A DNA stretch of 64,000 nt from Camelus ferus (lineage: Eukaryota), in contig NC_045696.1 in the NCBI RefSeq assembly GCF_009834535.1, positions 109,246,001 to 109,310,000 of the forward strand. The letters run 5' to 3'. A program made the translations under genes and the position numbers. How positions within the stretch are numbered: position 1 is the first letter of the stretch; each line of letters begins with the position of its first letter. Below the pieces are notes generated by a model, which made no database searches, was not told the origin of the DNA, and was given only the letters and a program-made list of their open reading frames with translations. This document shows, piece after piece, positions 51,955-64,000 of this stretch.

Positions 51955-51990
51955 ATGAGCTGGGCGGCCGCCCCCGGCTCGGGGCTGTGA
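51955..51990 (+). other. Candidate uORF2 (MSWAAAPGSGL*)
   Basis: gcgATGagc...ctgTGA, G at -3, ends 77 nt before the main ATG. Confidence 0.45.
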
Positions 51991-52067
51991 GGGGCTCGGG
52001 GCCGGGGGTGGGCGGCGGCGGCGCGGCGGGCGGCCCACGCTCCTCCTCGGCGGCGGCGGCGGTGGCC

Positions 52068-52296
52068 ATGCGCGGGACGGCGCGGCCGGGGCCGCCGGGC
52101 CGGAGCCGCCTCCCGGGGGCCCGCGGCCTGAGGGCCCCGCCGCCGCCGCTGCTGCTGCTGCTTCTGCTCGCGCTGCTGCCCGCGCCCGGCGCCGCCGCCG
52201 CCGCCCCGGCCCCGCGGCCCCCGGCGCTGCCGCCCACGGCCGCGGGGCCCAGCGTGAGCCTCTACCTGAGCGAGGACGAGGTGCGCCGGCTCATCG
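52068..52296 (+). CDS. RYK: Receptor-like tyrosine kinase RYK, coding exon 1 (signal peptide and start of the WIF domain), phase-1 donor
   Basis: gtggccATGc Kozak; MRGTARPGPPGRSRLPGARGLRAPPPPLLLLLLLALLPAPGAAAAAPAPRPP...GPSVSLYLSEDEVRRLI(G) matches the RYK N-terminus; donor G|GTGAGT at 52297. Confidence 0.96.
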
Positions 52297-54922
52297 GTGA
52301 GTGGGGCCCCTCCGCCTGGGCGGGCAGGTCGGGCCGGGCCCCGGTGCTTCCGGCCGCCGACGGCCCAGTCCTCGTGCGTTGGGCCGCGGGCGGGTCGGCT
52401 CCCGGTGCGCGGGGTCGCCTCCGGGCCCCGGCCTCTGCCTGCCTTGCTGGCCGGGAGGTGTGGTCCCTGCCCGGCCCCCACCCAGGCCAGCCTTCTGGCC
52501 TCCCCCCGCCCCCTCCTCCGCCCCGCGCCGCGAAAAGACCCGGGGACCCCTCGGCCGCGGTGGATCCAACCCCATTCCATCCTCCTTACAGCCTCTTCAG
52601 CCTTTCGCCTTATTCCCTCTTCCTTCCTGCCGCTCCGAGTTTCTTTGACCATTTCTGTGCGTGTCACTCTAGAGCCCTGGATTTTCGGTATCTCGAAATC
52701 CACGTTTTATTTTGGTTAAACCCGCAAACCCCGGGCTGTGGTTTTGATGCCCTAGTAGAGGCCACACTACTGTGCTCATACTTTCCAGTTATCATAGTTG
52801 TTTTTTTTTTTTTTAAACTGAGAGAGATTGGTTATAAGAGCACTACATTTTTCTGGCAGTCTCCAAATCTTGGGACCAATAAGCATATTTTACAATCGTA
52901 AATGAATCTCCAGGGAGCAGACCTTTTAGCTTCTTCAGTACCTTTTTGGTTTTTGTCTTGGATATGTTGGAGTTCGGACTGATCCTGTATTTCTGGGCCA
53001 CTCTCCTACTTTGAATACCTTGTGGGGGAAGGAGAACTTGGCTTTGGGTCAGTTGGTGGTTCTGTAGTACCTAATTAGCTTTGTCATTTGGGTAATTAAT
53101 TTGAAAAATAATAGTGTTCCCGTTTGGACTTTGGATTCTGAAAATGACTCCTAAGAGGAAGGTCTAATAGAAATGGCACCAAATGGAAGGCTTTGGTAGT
53201 TGCAGATAGCTAGACATTCAGTTTCTTTTGTGTTATTATGGGCCCAAAAAACCACATTTTTTTCATCTTTATTTCTCCTCCGATTTGTGATACATCTGAG
53301 TGTTTGAAGGAAAAAAATTATTCTTTTAAGCATCCATTATCTGTTACTTCATTTTATGTTTTTAACTTAAAAGACTTTCTTGAGGTCTCTTGAGGTCAAC
53401 TCAGTGCTGAAATGGAATTGCTTTTAGCAGACTGTTCAGACATTGTTACATGGATTTGTAGTCTTTAACCAAAGAAGGATGCTGTGTTTTTGTTAATGTC
53501 CTGCCTTTCTAAATCCTCTTTTAGTCTAGCTGAATTAGCTGAATTAAGTTTTGCTGAATTAAAATTGCAAATTGGATTAGTACTTGTAAAAAGACTGAGT
53601 TTAGGAAAAATAATGAATGCTTATAGACATATCACATAAGTTAAAAAAAACTAATGTATTATGCGTGGTTTTGTAAATGTTTTTTGGTTAAAAGCCTGCA
53701 TATAATTTGTGACTTTGTTTACATGTAAGAAACCAACTGGGTAGGGGTAGGGGACAGGGGACACCCAGAGGTTGACATTGATTGAATGCCTGCCATATAC
53801 CTGCCCCTACATGTTTTATATACATCACTGCCTCTGATTTTCTTTTGTCCCAATGAAGTAGACATCATTATTCCTGTTTTAGAGACGAGAAAAGCAAGAC
53901 TTTAAGTCACTTGCTCAAGGTCACAAAGTTTATAATCTTAAAAAAAAAAATCAAACATAGTGTTGACATAGGCCATAAAATTTTATTAAATGAAATGAAA
54001 ATTGTTTATATAGAAGTTTGATTATGGCATGATGAAAAAGGAATCATAGTTAATTAGTACTTGAAGTGATGTATTTATTTGTTTCCTGATTGATGAGCAT
54101 CCAGTTTATGCCCAGAAATGAGCTATTGGGAAGAGAGGTGGGAGGGTTGCCTTGCTGCTCAACCTCTGTCTACCTCTGGGGCTGGAGGGACCAACAACAA
54201 TTATTTTCTCTAATGCATGTAGAGTTGATCTGTTACAGTGGGTCTCTTGACTCTCCACCCTGCTGGATTCAAGTCTTTCCTTCCATCCTTTTCCATTTGC
54301 CTCAGGTGTTCTAACTTTGTAGTATTTATTCCTTAGCCACTCCTGACTGGGGAAGAGCAAGTGGGTAGAGCTGAGATGTATTCCAGGCATATTGAGTTCT
54401 TAGAATGCAGTTTCCCACAGAAACTCTTACGGTGTTTAAGACTACTTGAAATACTTTATACCATGTTTTTGTATCCTTATGAATTAAATGCCTTCTGAAC
54501 TTGGGAAAATTTATAATATTTCTAAGACAATGAATTTGGAATTCCAAGTAAGCAACTTACAAATGAAGTTGTTGGTGACAACTTTATAAATCGAACTAAT
54601 TGTTCTTGACTTGAGAATAAGTGGTTGTTTTAATCCAGTTGATACATGCATATAGGTTTTTAAAAAAAAAGTGCAAAAAGACTTAAAAAACAGCGGTCTC
54701 CTGTCTTTGGCCTTTTTATCCTCCAGGCCCTGCTTTCCAGTGGAAGCTACTATCTCAAACAGTTCCCCCCCCGCCCCCGTCTGTTTTCATATTTGAAATC
54801 AATGTAGAATAAGCATTTGACTTCTTAGTATCATAACTGTGTACTTGCCCTCTTCTCACCTTCAGGCCCCTCAATACAGATACATAATTTTTGGTAAAAC
54901 CAGCAGTCCATATTTACATTAT

Positions 54923-54949
54923 TGTGTGTGTGTGTGTGTGTGTGTGTGT
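54923..54949. repeat. (TG)n microsatellite
   Basis: Direct reading. Confidence 0.95.
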
Positions 54950-57900
54950 ATTACATTTTATTACGTCTTACGTTTATATACATATACATGCACTTACATA
55001 CATAAACTCACTTCTGAGTTAAATAGTGACCCATGGTAGTGTTTTCTTTTCGTATACGGTTTTGTTTTTCCTGGAGCAAATAATTGCCTTTTAAACTTTT
55101 TGATTACTTTTTATGTTTCTGTGGCTATGTTCTCTTGAATACTCCAAGAAATATGTTAAATGCCTTTTGATTTGTTTTTTCCAGGTAACACATCACATCA
55201 TCTATCAGTTGACTTTATTTCCTCTTAGAGACTCCCTTCTTTGAAGCCTTCCATCCTCTTCCAATCTGGACAGTAGGATTGTTTTTCCTGCATCTCCTGT
55301 TCCCTTCTGTCCTGTTTTAGAGCCTCTGTTTCCTCCATCTCCTGTCTTCCTTTTTCTTGGTTTGCCTCGTACTGCTAAAGTGTATCCTCAGTAGCTTCCC
55401 TTAAAGGGTTGCGTGGAGGTCAGTTATTTGAGGCCTTGCATGTCTGAAGGTGTCTGTCCTGTCCTCATGCTTTATAGGTGACATGGCTGAAATTAGAATA
55501 TTAGATTGAAAATAATTTTTTTTTGCAATTTTGATGGCATTTTTATATTCTTTTCTGGCATTTAGGATTTTTAATGAAAAATCCAAAGCCACTCTGATCC
55601 CTTTTTCTTTTCTTTTCTTTTCCTTTTTTTAAAAGCTCAGAGTCTTTTTCTTAAAAAAAATTCTGTAATTTCGTAAGCTTTTGTGTGGGTCCTTCCTTCT
55701 GTCTGTGTGTCGTTCCTCTTTTGGTGAGCCCTATCAGTCTAGAGACTCATATCCTTCAGTTTTCAAAAATGTCTCTTACTTTTTTGATAATTTCCTACCC
55801 TTCATTTTTTGTTTTTTCTACCTGAGATGTCTATTGGTTTGGTTATTGAATCTCCTGAAATTGCTCTTCAGATATTCTTCACTTATGTTACCTCTTGTAT
55901 CTCTGTATTTGGAGGTGGAAAGAGGGGGAGAATTCCTCAATTTTGCCTTCCAGGCTTTTACTTTTAAAATTTTAATGATGATGATTTAAAATTTTAGAAC
56001 TCTTTTTGTTCTCTGTTTCCGTTTCCGTTTTCATTTCATTTCATTTTTTTCTTTCCATTTTATTTTAATTTTATGGATGTATTATCTTATCTTTGAGGCA
56101 TGCATATGTTGTTTTTAACTTTTTCTATATGTTTACTATTTTTAAAACATTTCTGCTTCCTCCAGTGTGCCTTTTCATTTCAGGGTTCTTTTTATGTTTA
56201 TTCATATTGCAAATATCTGTTGATCCTTGGCTGTCTGTAATTAAGAGCCAGGTACTGAAAAGTTGATTAGCAGAGAGGGAGCATGTGCATGTGTGTGCAG
56301 TCCAGTGACTTAACTTGGAGTGTGGGTGGATTTTTCATTGGGACCCCCGCCACGCACACACACACACACACATACACATCAGCACCTTCACATCTTCTTG
56401 GGGACTGGTCAGTGTCTGCAGAGAAGACACCTCCAGCCTGCTGCCTCTGATGTGCTTGGTGATACACCAGCTGTCTGGATTTGGGTTACGTGGTTGGGGA
56501 GGGATGGAGGGTGCTGCTGTTCAGGCTGTAGACTTTGACTTTTCCTGTTTACAGCTCTCCTGCCTCTGTGGTTCAGTTTCTTCAGAAAAAACTTTGGGTC
56601 CCCAGCTGGACCTGGTGGTCTGACAGCTTTGAATACCCCCATCAGAGGCTCCTCATTTGACAGGTCTGAGTCTCAGGCTGGCCTTTGGTGGCCCTTGGTG
56701 CACCCAGGGGTCCTGAGAAGTGGTGACCATTCCTTCAGCTGCTTCCCATCTTGTAAAAGTTTGTTGAAATGTATGAAGTATTGTTATCTTCTTTCCCTTT
56801 CTGTTTGTCTTTGTGGTTTAATGTTTTTGTGATTTCATTACTATCATTTTAGAGGCGTTTTGGGAGGAAATGAGGATAAAGGCTAGTGGTCATTCCACAA
56901 AGTGTAAATGGCAGTTAGGGTTGGGCTTTGACTATTGAGTGGGTGACGTGTAGCAATTTTTGGTGATTATATTAGAAAAAGTAGTGGCAGTTGCAGTAGT
57001 GGTTGACACTTTTTAGAGTGCTGCTGATAAGTGGCAATCTTCTGCCTGTGTCAGGCACAAGGGTATCCCTGTTTTAGGTGTGTATGTTCCATTTTGCAGA
57101 TGCGGACACAGATTTGGAGGAGGTATATAACCAGCTTATTCCTTGGTAGTAGGGCAGGCAGTCCCAGTGGAAGTCCCTTGGTACAGAGAGTCCAAAAGCC
57201 TGAGGAGCTGTTAATCTGTAGGTGGCATCTCTGTGTCCCCAGGCCCGGCTTCATTGCTCTTGTTTACTCCTCTTGCCAGGCTGCAGTATAGGCATCCATT
57301 TGCTCATTTTGCTGATGAGGACTCTGATTTGGGGCCCTTTGGGCCGTGAGTAGAGGGCCAGGTCTTGACTCAATCTGGAATCCATATGCCTCTTTGTTAG
57401 CTCAAGAGGGGCTGGGAGTAACCAAAATGCTCAAGTCGAAGAATCTGCAGGTCTGCTGCTGCGTGTGCTCCTCTGTGGTCTTAACTATTATCTGCATCCT
57501 CTCCTGTCTCTATGATTGATAATTCTGGGAGTACTGGGTTTCTGGAAGTCCAGAGCTGGTGAAAGTGGTCTGTTGCTGCGTCAGTGTTAGGGGTTTGGGA
57601 GCAAAATGCTGATGGGTGGGAGGTATAGTACAAAGTGGTCATGGTGGCAGTGGTGGTGGTGATGCGGAATCCGTAGGGGTCAGAGGGACCTCTGAGAATA
57701 GACTCTGCCTCCCACCAATTAGAAATTCACCTTGGATAACTTGCTTCTTGTTTAAAATAAATGCCCTCTAGAAGAGTTAAGCATTGTTCACATCTTATTT
57801 GTAATCAGTTCATTACTAGTTGAGATCTTTGCTCCCCAAATCAGTCCAGTAAAAATTTTTGAAGCCCAACCAAGTACCATTGTGGTAGAAAATGGCAATT

Positions 57901-59473
57901 CATAATTACTAAATTCCTTTTCTTGGGTAACTCAGAATTTCTTAGGGAAGACTAACAGTTGTATCTATAACTGTAACACTGAGGTAAGAGTTACATTGCT
58001 GGTTATTGTGAGAGTGATTACTTTTGACTTTAGAAGGGCGGAGAAGGGAGAGCCTTAGGGGGTTTAAAGAGGGTGTTCCAGGAAAGAATGTATAATGTAC
58101 AAGTGTGTAAGATGTACGTTTGAGCCTCATCTTGAAGAATGAGCTTGAAAGGCAGAAAAGAGGAGCATTTCATGTCAGAGAAAATAGTGTGAACAAAGCC
58201 ATAGATGTGTGGAAGCAAATGTGTGTGAAATTAAGCAGTAGGAAGTCTAATTTGGTTAAGATGAGAAAACCTGGCAAAGCCTCAAAGTGTCAGGGTGTAA
58301 AGCTGGGAAGTAGGTTGAAGCTGGATTAGGAATTTGAAATTTATGTTATAGGTAATGAGGAACTATTGAAGAATTTAGGGAAGGAGAGTGCACGGATAGG
58401 ACTGGGTTATAGAAAAGATAATCTTGGCCCCAGTGAAAAGGGTGTCTTGGAGACTGAAAAGCTAGGTCTGGGAAATGGGACAGAGTCAGCCTTGTGCTAA
58501 TAAGAGGGACCAACTATGGCAGTTGAGGTGGGATGGGTTTGTGAGGAATTTGCATGGAGTTTGGGGAAGACTTAGTAGAGGAGACCTGAGGGCTAAAGAA
58601 AAGGGACGAGTCACAGAGGAATCTAGTTTCAGATTTGGGCAGCAGAACTGAATGACTCTCTAGGAAATGGTTGAGGGAAAGAAAAATGAGATGAGCCATG
58701 TGCTCCTCTCCTCCCAGCACCTCTGGTTCTTGTGAACCTCAGGCCCAGTGTTTGGCGGGGGAGGGCAGTGAGGGTGTCCTCTCTGCGGAGGTGTCTGGCT
58801 TATCCTGCCGCTGCCCAGACTCTGAGAAGGTGGGGCGCTGGTGGAGACGGGTTAGGGGCCTGCACAAGCTCTTCACCCTGGGCCTTTGGGTGGGGTTGGC
58901 GGCACTGACGCAGCATTAACTTGAATCCATGTGTTGTTCATCAGAAGAGCAAGGCTGAGACATTGTGCAATTGTGGGTTTTGAGTTTTTTCCTTCTTCGT
59001 GCTACACACGTGGGAGACCGCTATCAAATTATGTCTAAACCTGTCCCCTATGAGTCACATCCTGAATTGACTAGTCAGTTCTGAAGGTGCTGCCTAAAAT
59101 ACTGTTTGGATTTTGAGGATAACTTGAGAAACAAATGAAACATGGGTATTTTTTTGAATATCCTGAATTGACGAGTTCCACAGCTTTTCTCTTGGGGTTT
59201 TAATGCAGTCATGCCCATATTCTGAAAAAACTTACCAGCTGTACATACTAAAACAAAACAAAAACTTGACATGAGATAGAGCCGTTAGCTACTCTGAAAT
59301 TGTATCATACTCAGAAGTATGCTTTTTTATGTTATTTTTGTTGATGTATGTCAAGTACAATCTTTTCTAATCAAAATGTTATTAAACAGCTTTTATCTGA
59401 AAATGTGATGTGCCGAAACAAGTGTGTATGTTTTGCTAAATTACACAGTAAACACTTATTGAAGGATTCTTTT

Positions 59474-60325
59474 CTTTCAATTGAAGTATAGTCATTTTAC
59501 AATGTTGTGTCAATTTCTGCTGTACAGCATAATGTTTCAGTCATCCATATACATACATATATTCCTTTTCATATTTTCCATTATAGGTTACTACAAGATA
59601 TTGAATATAGTTCCCTGTGCTATGCAGAAAAAACCTGTTGTTTATCTATTTTATATATAGTAGTTAGTATCTGCAAAGTTAAAACTCCCAATTTATCCCT
59701 TCCCACTCCCTTTACCCACTGGTAACCATTTGTTCTCTATGTCTGTGAGTCTGTTTCTGTTTTGTAAATAAGTTCATTTGTGTCTATTTTTTTTTTAAGA
59801 CTCCACATGAGTGATACATGGTATTTTTCTTTCTCTTTCTGGCTTACTTCACTTAGAATGACGATCTCCAGGTCTATCCATGTTGCTGTAAGTGGCATTA
59901 TTTATTGTTTTTTAGGGCTGAATAGTATTCCATTGTATAAATATACCATATCTTATCCTGTCATCTGTTGATGGACATTTAGGTTGTTTCCATGTCTTGG
60001 CTCTTGTAAACAGTGCTGCTGTGAACATTGGGGTGCATGTGTCTTTGTGAATTATATTTTTCTCCAGATATAGGCCCAGGAGTGGGATTGCTGGATCACA
60101 GGGTAAGTTTATTTTTAGTTTTTTAAGGAACCTCCATACTGTCCTCCATAGTGGATGTACCGATTTACATTCCCACCAACAGTGTAGGAGGATTCCTTTT
60201 TCTCCACATACTCTCCAGCATTTATTGTTTGTATAGTTCTTAATGATAGCCATTCTGACTGGTGTGAGGTGATACCTTATTGTAGTTGTGATTTACATTT
60301 CTCTAACAATTAGTGATGTTGGGCA
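59474..60325 (-). mobile_element. 5'-truncated young L1 (ORF2 C-terminal Cys-rich domain and 3'UTR)
   Basis: ORF 59912-60253 has [20 protein letters not shown]...WRFLKKL...[11 protein letters not shown] tgaaggattctttt (59460) / tgaatgattctttt (60326). Confidence 0.93.
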
Positions 60326-60816
60326 TGAATGATTCTTTTTAACTGTGCCCAGCAAGTGACAGTGCTGAATAGTAGAATATTTCTGAGAAGTAATTTCATA
60401 GGTCCAATTCTTGTTCATAAGACATAAAATGTTGTGTCTTGTTCATAAATAATGAACATGTTCTTATATGAATATGTGTCTTGTTATGCATCAAGTATTT
60501 TCCATGTTCTCTTTTGTTTTATCAACCATTAGAAGTAGACGGCATTGGCTTTTTTTTTTTTTTTTTTTTTTTAATAGATAAAGCTGAGGCTCTGGAAAAT
60601 TACAGAACTCTCTGGAGGTCACAGAGATGTCTGGGGCTGTGCGACTCCACAAAGTGCATGTTTTCTTTACTGTGCTGCCCCTGGAAGTTAGCAGTTTACT
60701 TAGTCTTTTATCTAACCAGAATCATTTGAGGAGCTTAAACAGAATACAGATTCCCAGACCTACTCTGAGCAATTTGTGTAGGAGATCTGAGATGGGGCCC
60801 AGCTAATGAGCCTTTT

Positions 60817-61122
60817 TTTTTTTTTTAATCAAAATATAGTTGATGTACAATATTACTTGCTACAGGTATACAAAATGGTGATTCACAGTTTTTAAAGGTT
60901 ATGCTCCATTTATAGTTATTATAAAACATTGGCTATATTGCCCATATTGTACAGTACATCTTTTTAAAAAATTAATTAATTAAAAAATTTTTTTTCGTGA
61001 GGGGAGGTAATTGGGTTTACTTACTTGTTTTATTTTTAGAGGAGGTGCTGGGGATTGAACCCAGGACCTTGTGTATGCTAAACATGCACTCTGCCACTTG
61101 AGCTATACCCTTCCCACCTTAA
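60817..61122 (-). mobile_element. Vic-1-type SINE (60960-61115) plus L1 3' tip (60826-60960) within one TSD pair
   Basis: TSD taatgagcctttt (60804-60816) / taataagcctttt (61123-61135). Confidence 0.8.
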
Positions 61123-61774
61123 TAATAAGCCTTTTGAATTCCATGTTTCATAGATTATCAGATGTACAGTTTTTCCACATTTGAACATCTCTGAAATTGG
61201 AACCATTGTACAATCAATGGTGAGTCATCAGTTAATTGACAGCTTTTTTTCTTTATTAGTAGCACAGAAAATAATGATGTACTTTAGACTGAACGATAGT
61301 ACTGTAAAAAGGTGGTATTGTACAGGAGACTCTTAGACATAGTTTGCCACCTTTTTGCGGGGGGGGTACTTGTCACAACTTTCTGTCAGAGTTGTAAAGT
61401 TCACTGGTGGTATTTATTATTTATTTGTGGTAATGTCCTTGCAGGGAAGGCAAATGATGGCAGTGAGATATTACCCTTAGATGTAAGAGCAGTAGCGACT
61501 CACTTTTCACTTAGAAAGTTGCTGGCAAGAGAAATATCTCAACCTTGTTTTGTGAAAGCCTCAGGGCCTTTTCCTAGACAAGGGTGTGGATACCTATACA
61601 AATTAAGTTTTACATACTGTGTCAGGGATTAGACTTCGAGGGCCTTGCGGGGCCCCTGATGAAAGCTTACGGGTGCATCTGAATCCCACGAAAGCTGATT
61701 CTGGAAGGGGGCATCTGTTATATTCTGTATTTCATCCTAGGATTCCCTGACCTCCTAGATGATTTTTTCCTTAC

Positions 61775-62110
61775 AGTTTTATTGAGATATAATTGACATA
61801 CAGCACTGTATAAGTTTAAGGCATACAGCATAATGATTTGACTTACATCCATCATGAAATGATGACCACAAATGGTTTACTGAACATCATCATCTCCTAT
61901 TGATACAACATAAAAGAAGTAGAAAAACAGTTTTTCCTTGTGAGAACTCCTAGATTTACTCTCTTTAACAACTTTTGTATGTATCATACAGCATTGTTAA
62001 TTATATTTATCATGTTGTACATGACATCTCTAGTACTTACTTAGCTTGTAACTGGAAGTTTGTACTTTTTGACTACCTTCATTTTGTTCCCCCTTCCCCT
62101 GAATTAAAAA
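61775..62110 (-). mobile_element. Older L1 3' end fragment
   Basis: ttttattgagatataattgacatacagcactgtataagtttaagg...taactggaagtttgtac. Confidence 0.75.
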
Positions 62111-63489
62111 AAAAAAAAAGCATACATTAAGGTTTACTCAGTTGTAGTATATGGATTTTATAAATGCATCCACTATAGTATCATATAGAATAGTTTTACC
62201 ACCTAAAGAATCCCCTGTGATGGAGGCATTTATATTTAATACCTCCCCTTATATTTTAAGTAAATTTGCTTTTAAAATACATTTATTATGGAAAATGTCA
62301 AACATTCAAAAGTAGACAGAATATTATAATGAAGCTCTATGTATCCATCATCCAGCTTCAACAACTGTCATCTCATGGCCTGTTTTGTTTGGTCTATACC
62401 ACTCCACTCCCCAGTCTACTCCCTTGTCGTCACTCCCCTCCTCCTCTGCTTGGATTATTCTGAAGCAAAGTCAGACATAAAATTTTGTAAACAACTTTTT
62501 GGTATGTATCTAAAAGATAATCACTCTTTACAGTTTTGTAATAACCATTATCATACCTAAGAAATTAACAGTAATTCAGAAATATCAAATATCTAGGCTT
62601 AGATCTCCCTGATTTAGAAATGAATGTTATGTAGAGATTCTTGCCTGCCACCTGTTTCCTCTCTTGTCCCTGCCCCAAGACCACACCACTTGTAGTTCCT
62701 TTGATCCCAAGCTCTTCTCACCCCAGTGTCTGTATTTGATGGTTGCTCTGCCTTACATACTTTCCCCAGATCTTTACATGGCTGGAGCCTTCTAGATCTC
62801 AACTTAAAATTACTTCCTCAGACAGCCTTGCCTTTCTAGGATTGACTCCTAGTGTCACTCTGTTCTGTCACTGTGGTTTATTTTATGCACCTGACACTTT
62901 TGTTGTTTCCATCTCCCCCTGTAGGAAAAGTTAATTCTGTTTAAGTAGAGACCTTTTATATTGTTGTACTCTATATCCCCACACCTAAAACAGTACCTGG
63001 CATATAGTAGATGTTCAGTAAATGTTCACTGAATAAATAAATGAATGACTCATATTTTTTTTTATTGGATTCACTATCTGATGCCTTACGGGGGTCATCA
63101 TTCTCTTGATCATTTCCTGTTGCCCGCTAAGCTGTTACGCATAAGGTGATTGGACCGAACTTGTACTTATGAGTGGAAGTTTAAATAAATCAGTTCTGAT
63201 AACTTATTTCTTCTGAAGTTGCCTAATTTCCCCAAGTCTTTGTCCCTTGAACCCCCTGTCCCCCAGGGAAGGTGCCCTGCATCTTGGCTTCCATAGCTCT
63301 ATACTTTGTACAAACACATCTGTATCACTGTACCCATCACATTCTGTCTTTTCCCTATTTTGCTAAGGCCACCTCATGGTTTGGCACATAGTAGTCTCTC
63401 AGCTGATTGGTGTTCCACACTACAGTTAAAAGATGTAAAGTATTCAAGAGAGATTCTGCAAAAGCCTCTTCAGTAATTAAAAGCTGGCT

Positions 63490-63727
63490 GGGAAGTAGAA
63501 TTTCTCACTTTTTATTCTGAAATGCTAACATGCTGTTAATCTTAGCCAGTGTATTTTTTCATCTCATACATTGTAGCTTTCACCTCTGGAAATTTGATTT
63601 GCGTCTTTTTGTATCTTTTGTGTCTCTACTTAACTTTTTGACCATATGGGGTATAGTTATGATAGTTGTTTCGATGTCTGATAACTCTAACATTTGTGCT
63701 AGTTCTGGGTTGGTTTCAGTTGATCGA

Positions 63728-63758
<31 letters not shown>

Positions 63759-64000
63759 GTCTATCTATCTTGCTTTCTTTGCATGCCTGATAGTTTTTAA
63801 CTGGGTGGCAGGCATTATGAATTTTACCCTCCTGGGTGCTGGATATTTTTGTATTCCTATAAATATTCTTGGATTCTGTTCTGGGACTCAGTTAAGTTAC
63901 CTGGAAACAGTTTGATCCTTTCAAGTCTTACTTTTAAGACTGATAGGACAGGAGCAGTGATCAGTGTAGGTCTCATTATTCCTGATTACTGAATCAGGAC
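63490..64000 (-). mobile_element. Ancient L1M fragment containing a (TCTG)n(TCTA)n microsatellite
   Basis: gtattttttcatctc...ctgggtgctggatatttttgtattcctataaatattctt...cagttaagttacctggaaacag. Confidence 0.65.

Larger units (their letters stand above)
51590..52720 (+). promoter_or_regulatory. RYK: RYK promoter / exon 1 CpG island
   Basis: Extreme GC/CpG density, GC boxes, NRF1-like gcgtgcgcgcgcgc (~51797-51810), no TATA box, encloses the RYK start codon. Confidence 0.9.
52297..64000 (+). other. RYK: RYK intron 1 (partial)
   Basis: Starts GTGAGT. The exon 2 peptide (LDAELYYVRND...) was not seen in the rest of the window. Confidence 0.85.

Noticed and set aside
51526..52703. Long antisense ORFs over the RYK island
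   Set aside because: Low-complexity Arg/Pro/Gly/Ala translations are expected from stop-poor GC-rich DNA; no recognisable domain.
51795..52901. 368-aa ORF as a complete single-exon gene
   Set aside because: RYK similarity covers only 52068-52296 and ends at a canonical GTGAGT donor. The rest is GC-rich UTR and intron read-through.
53525..53561. Triple GCTGAATTA and other short tandem duplications (e.g. ~32268-32305)
   Set aside because: Ordinary slippage-scale repeats; no array of regular repeat-spacer units, so not CRISPR-like.

Overview
Mammalian genomic DNA, almost certainly camelid (alpaca/llama/camel): it carries about a dozen copies of the tRNA-derived Vic-1-type SINE plus matching young L1 3' ends. 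The only protein-coding sequence I can support is coding exon 1 of RYK (ATG 52068, splice donor after 52296, + strand) inside a strong CpG-island promoter. The window ends within RYK intron 1. The first ~51.5 kb is intergenic DNA upstream of RYK (the AMOTL2 side, by human synteny), dense in SINE, L1, L2/MIR, ERV1/ERVL/MaLR LTRs and MER DNA transposons. It also has an orphan CpG island near 2.3-2.7 kb with TEAD and CTCF motifs. I found no convincing novel gene system. The most interesting structures are: (i) a twin-primed inverted L1 whose inverted part reaches the 5'UTR and which has an in-frame ORF1-ORF2 deletion fusion; (ii) two locally templated insertions; (iii) two ERV solo LTRs integrated 3 bp apart; (iv) a chimeric young/old L1 retrocopy under one TSD; (v) two uORFs, one poly-Arg, before RYK. 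Repeat family names come from recall of consensus sequences, and boundaries without TSD support are approximate.
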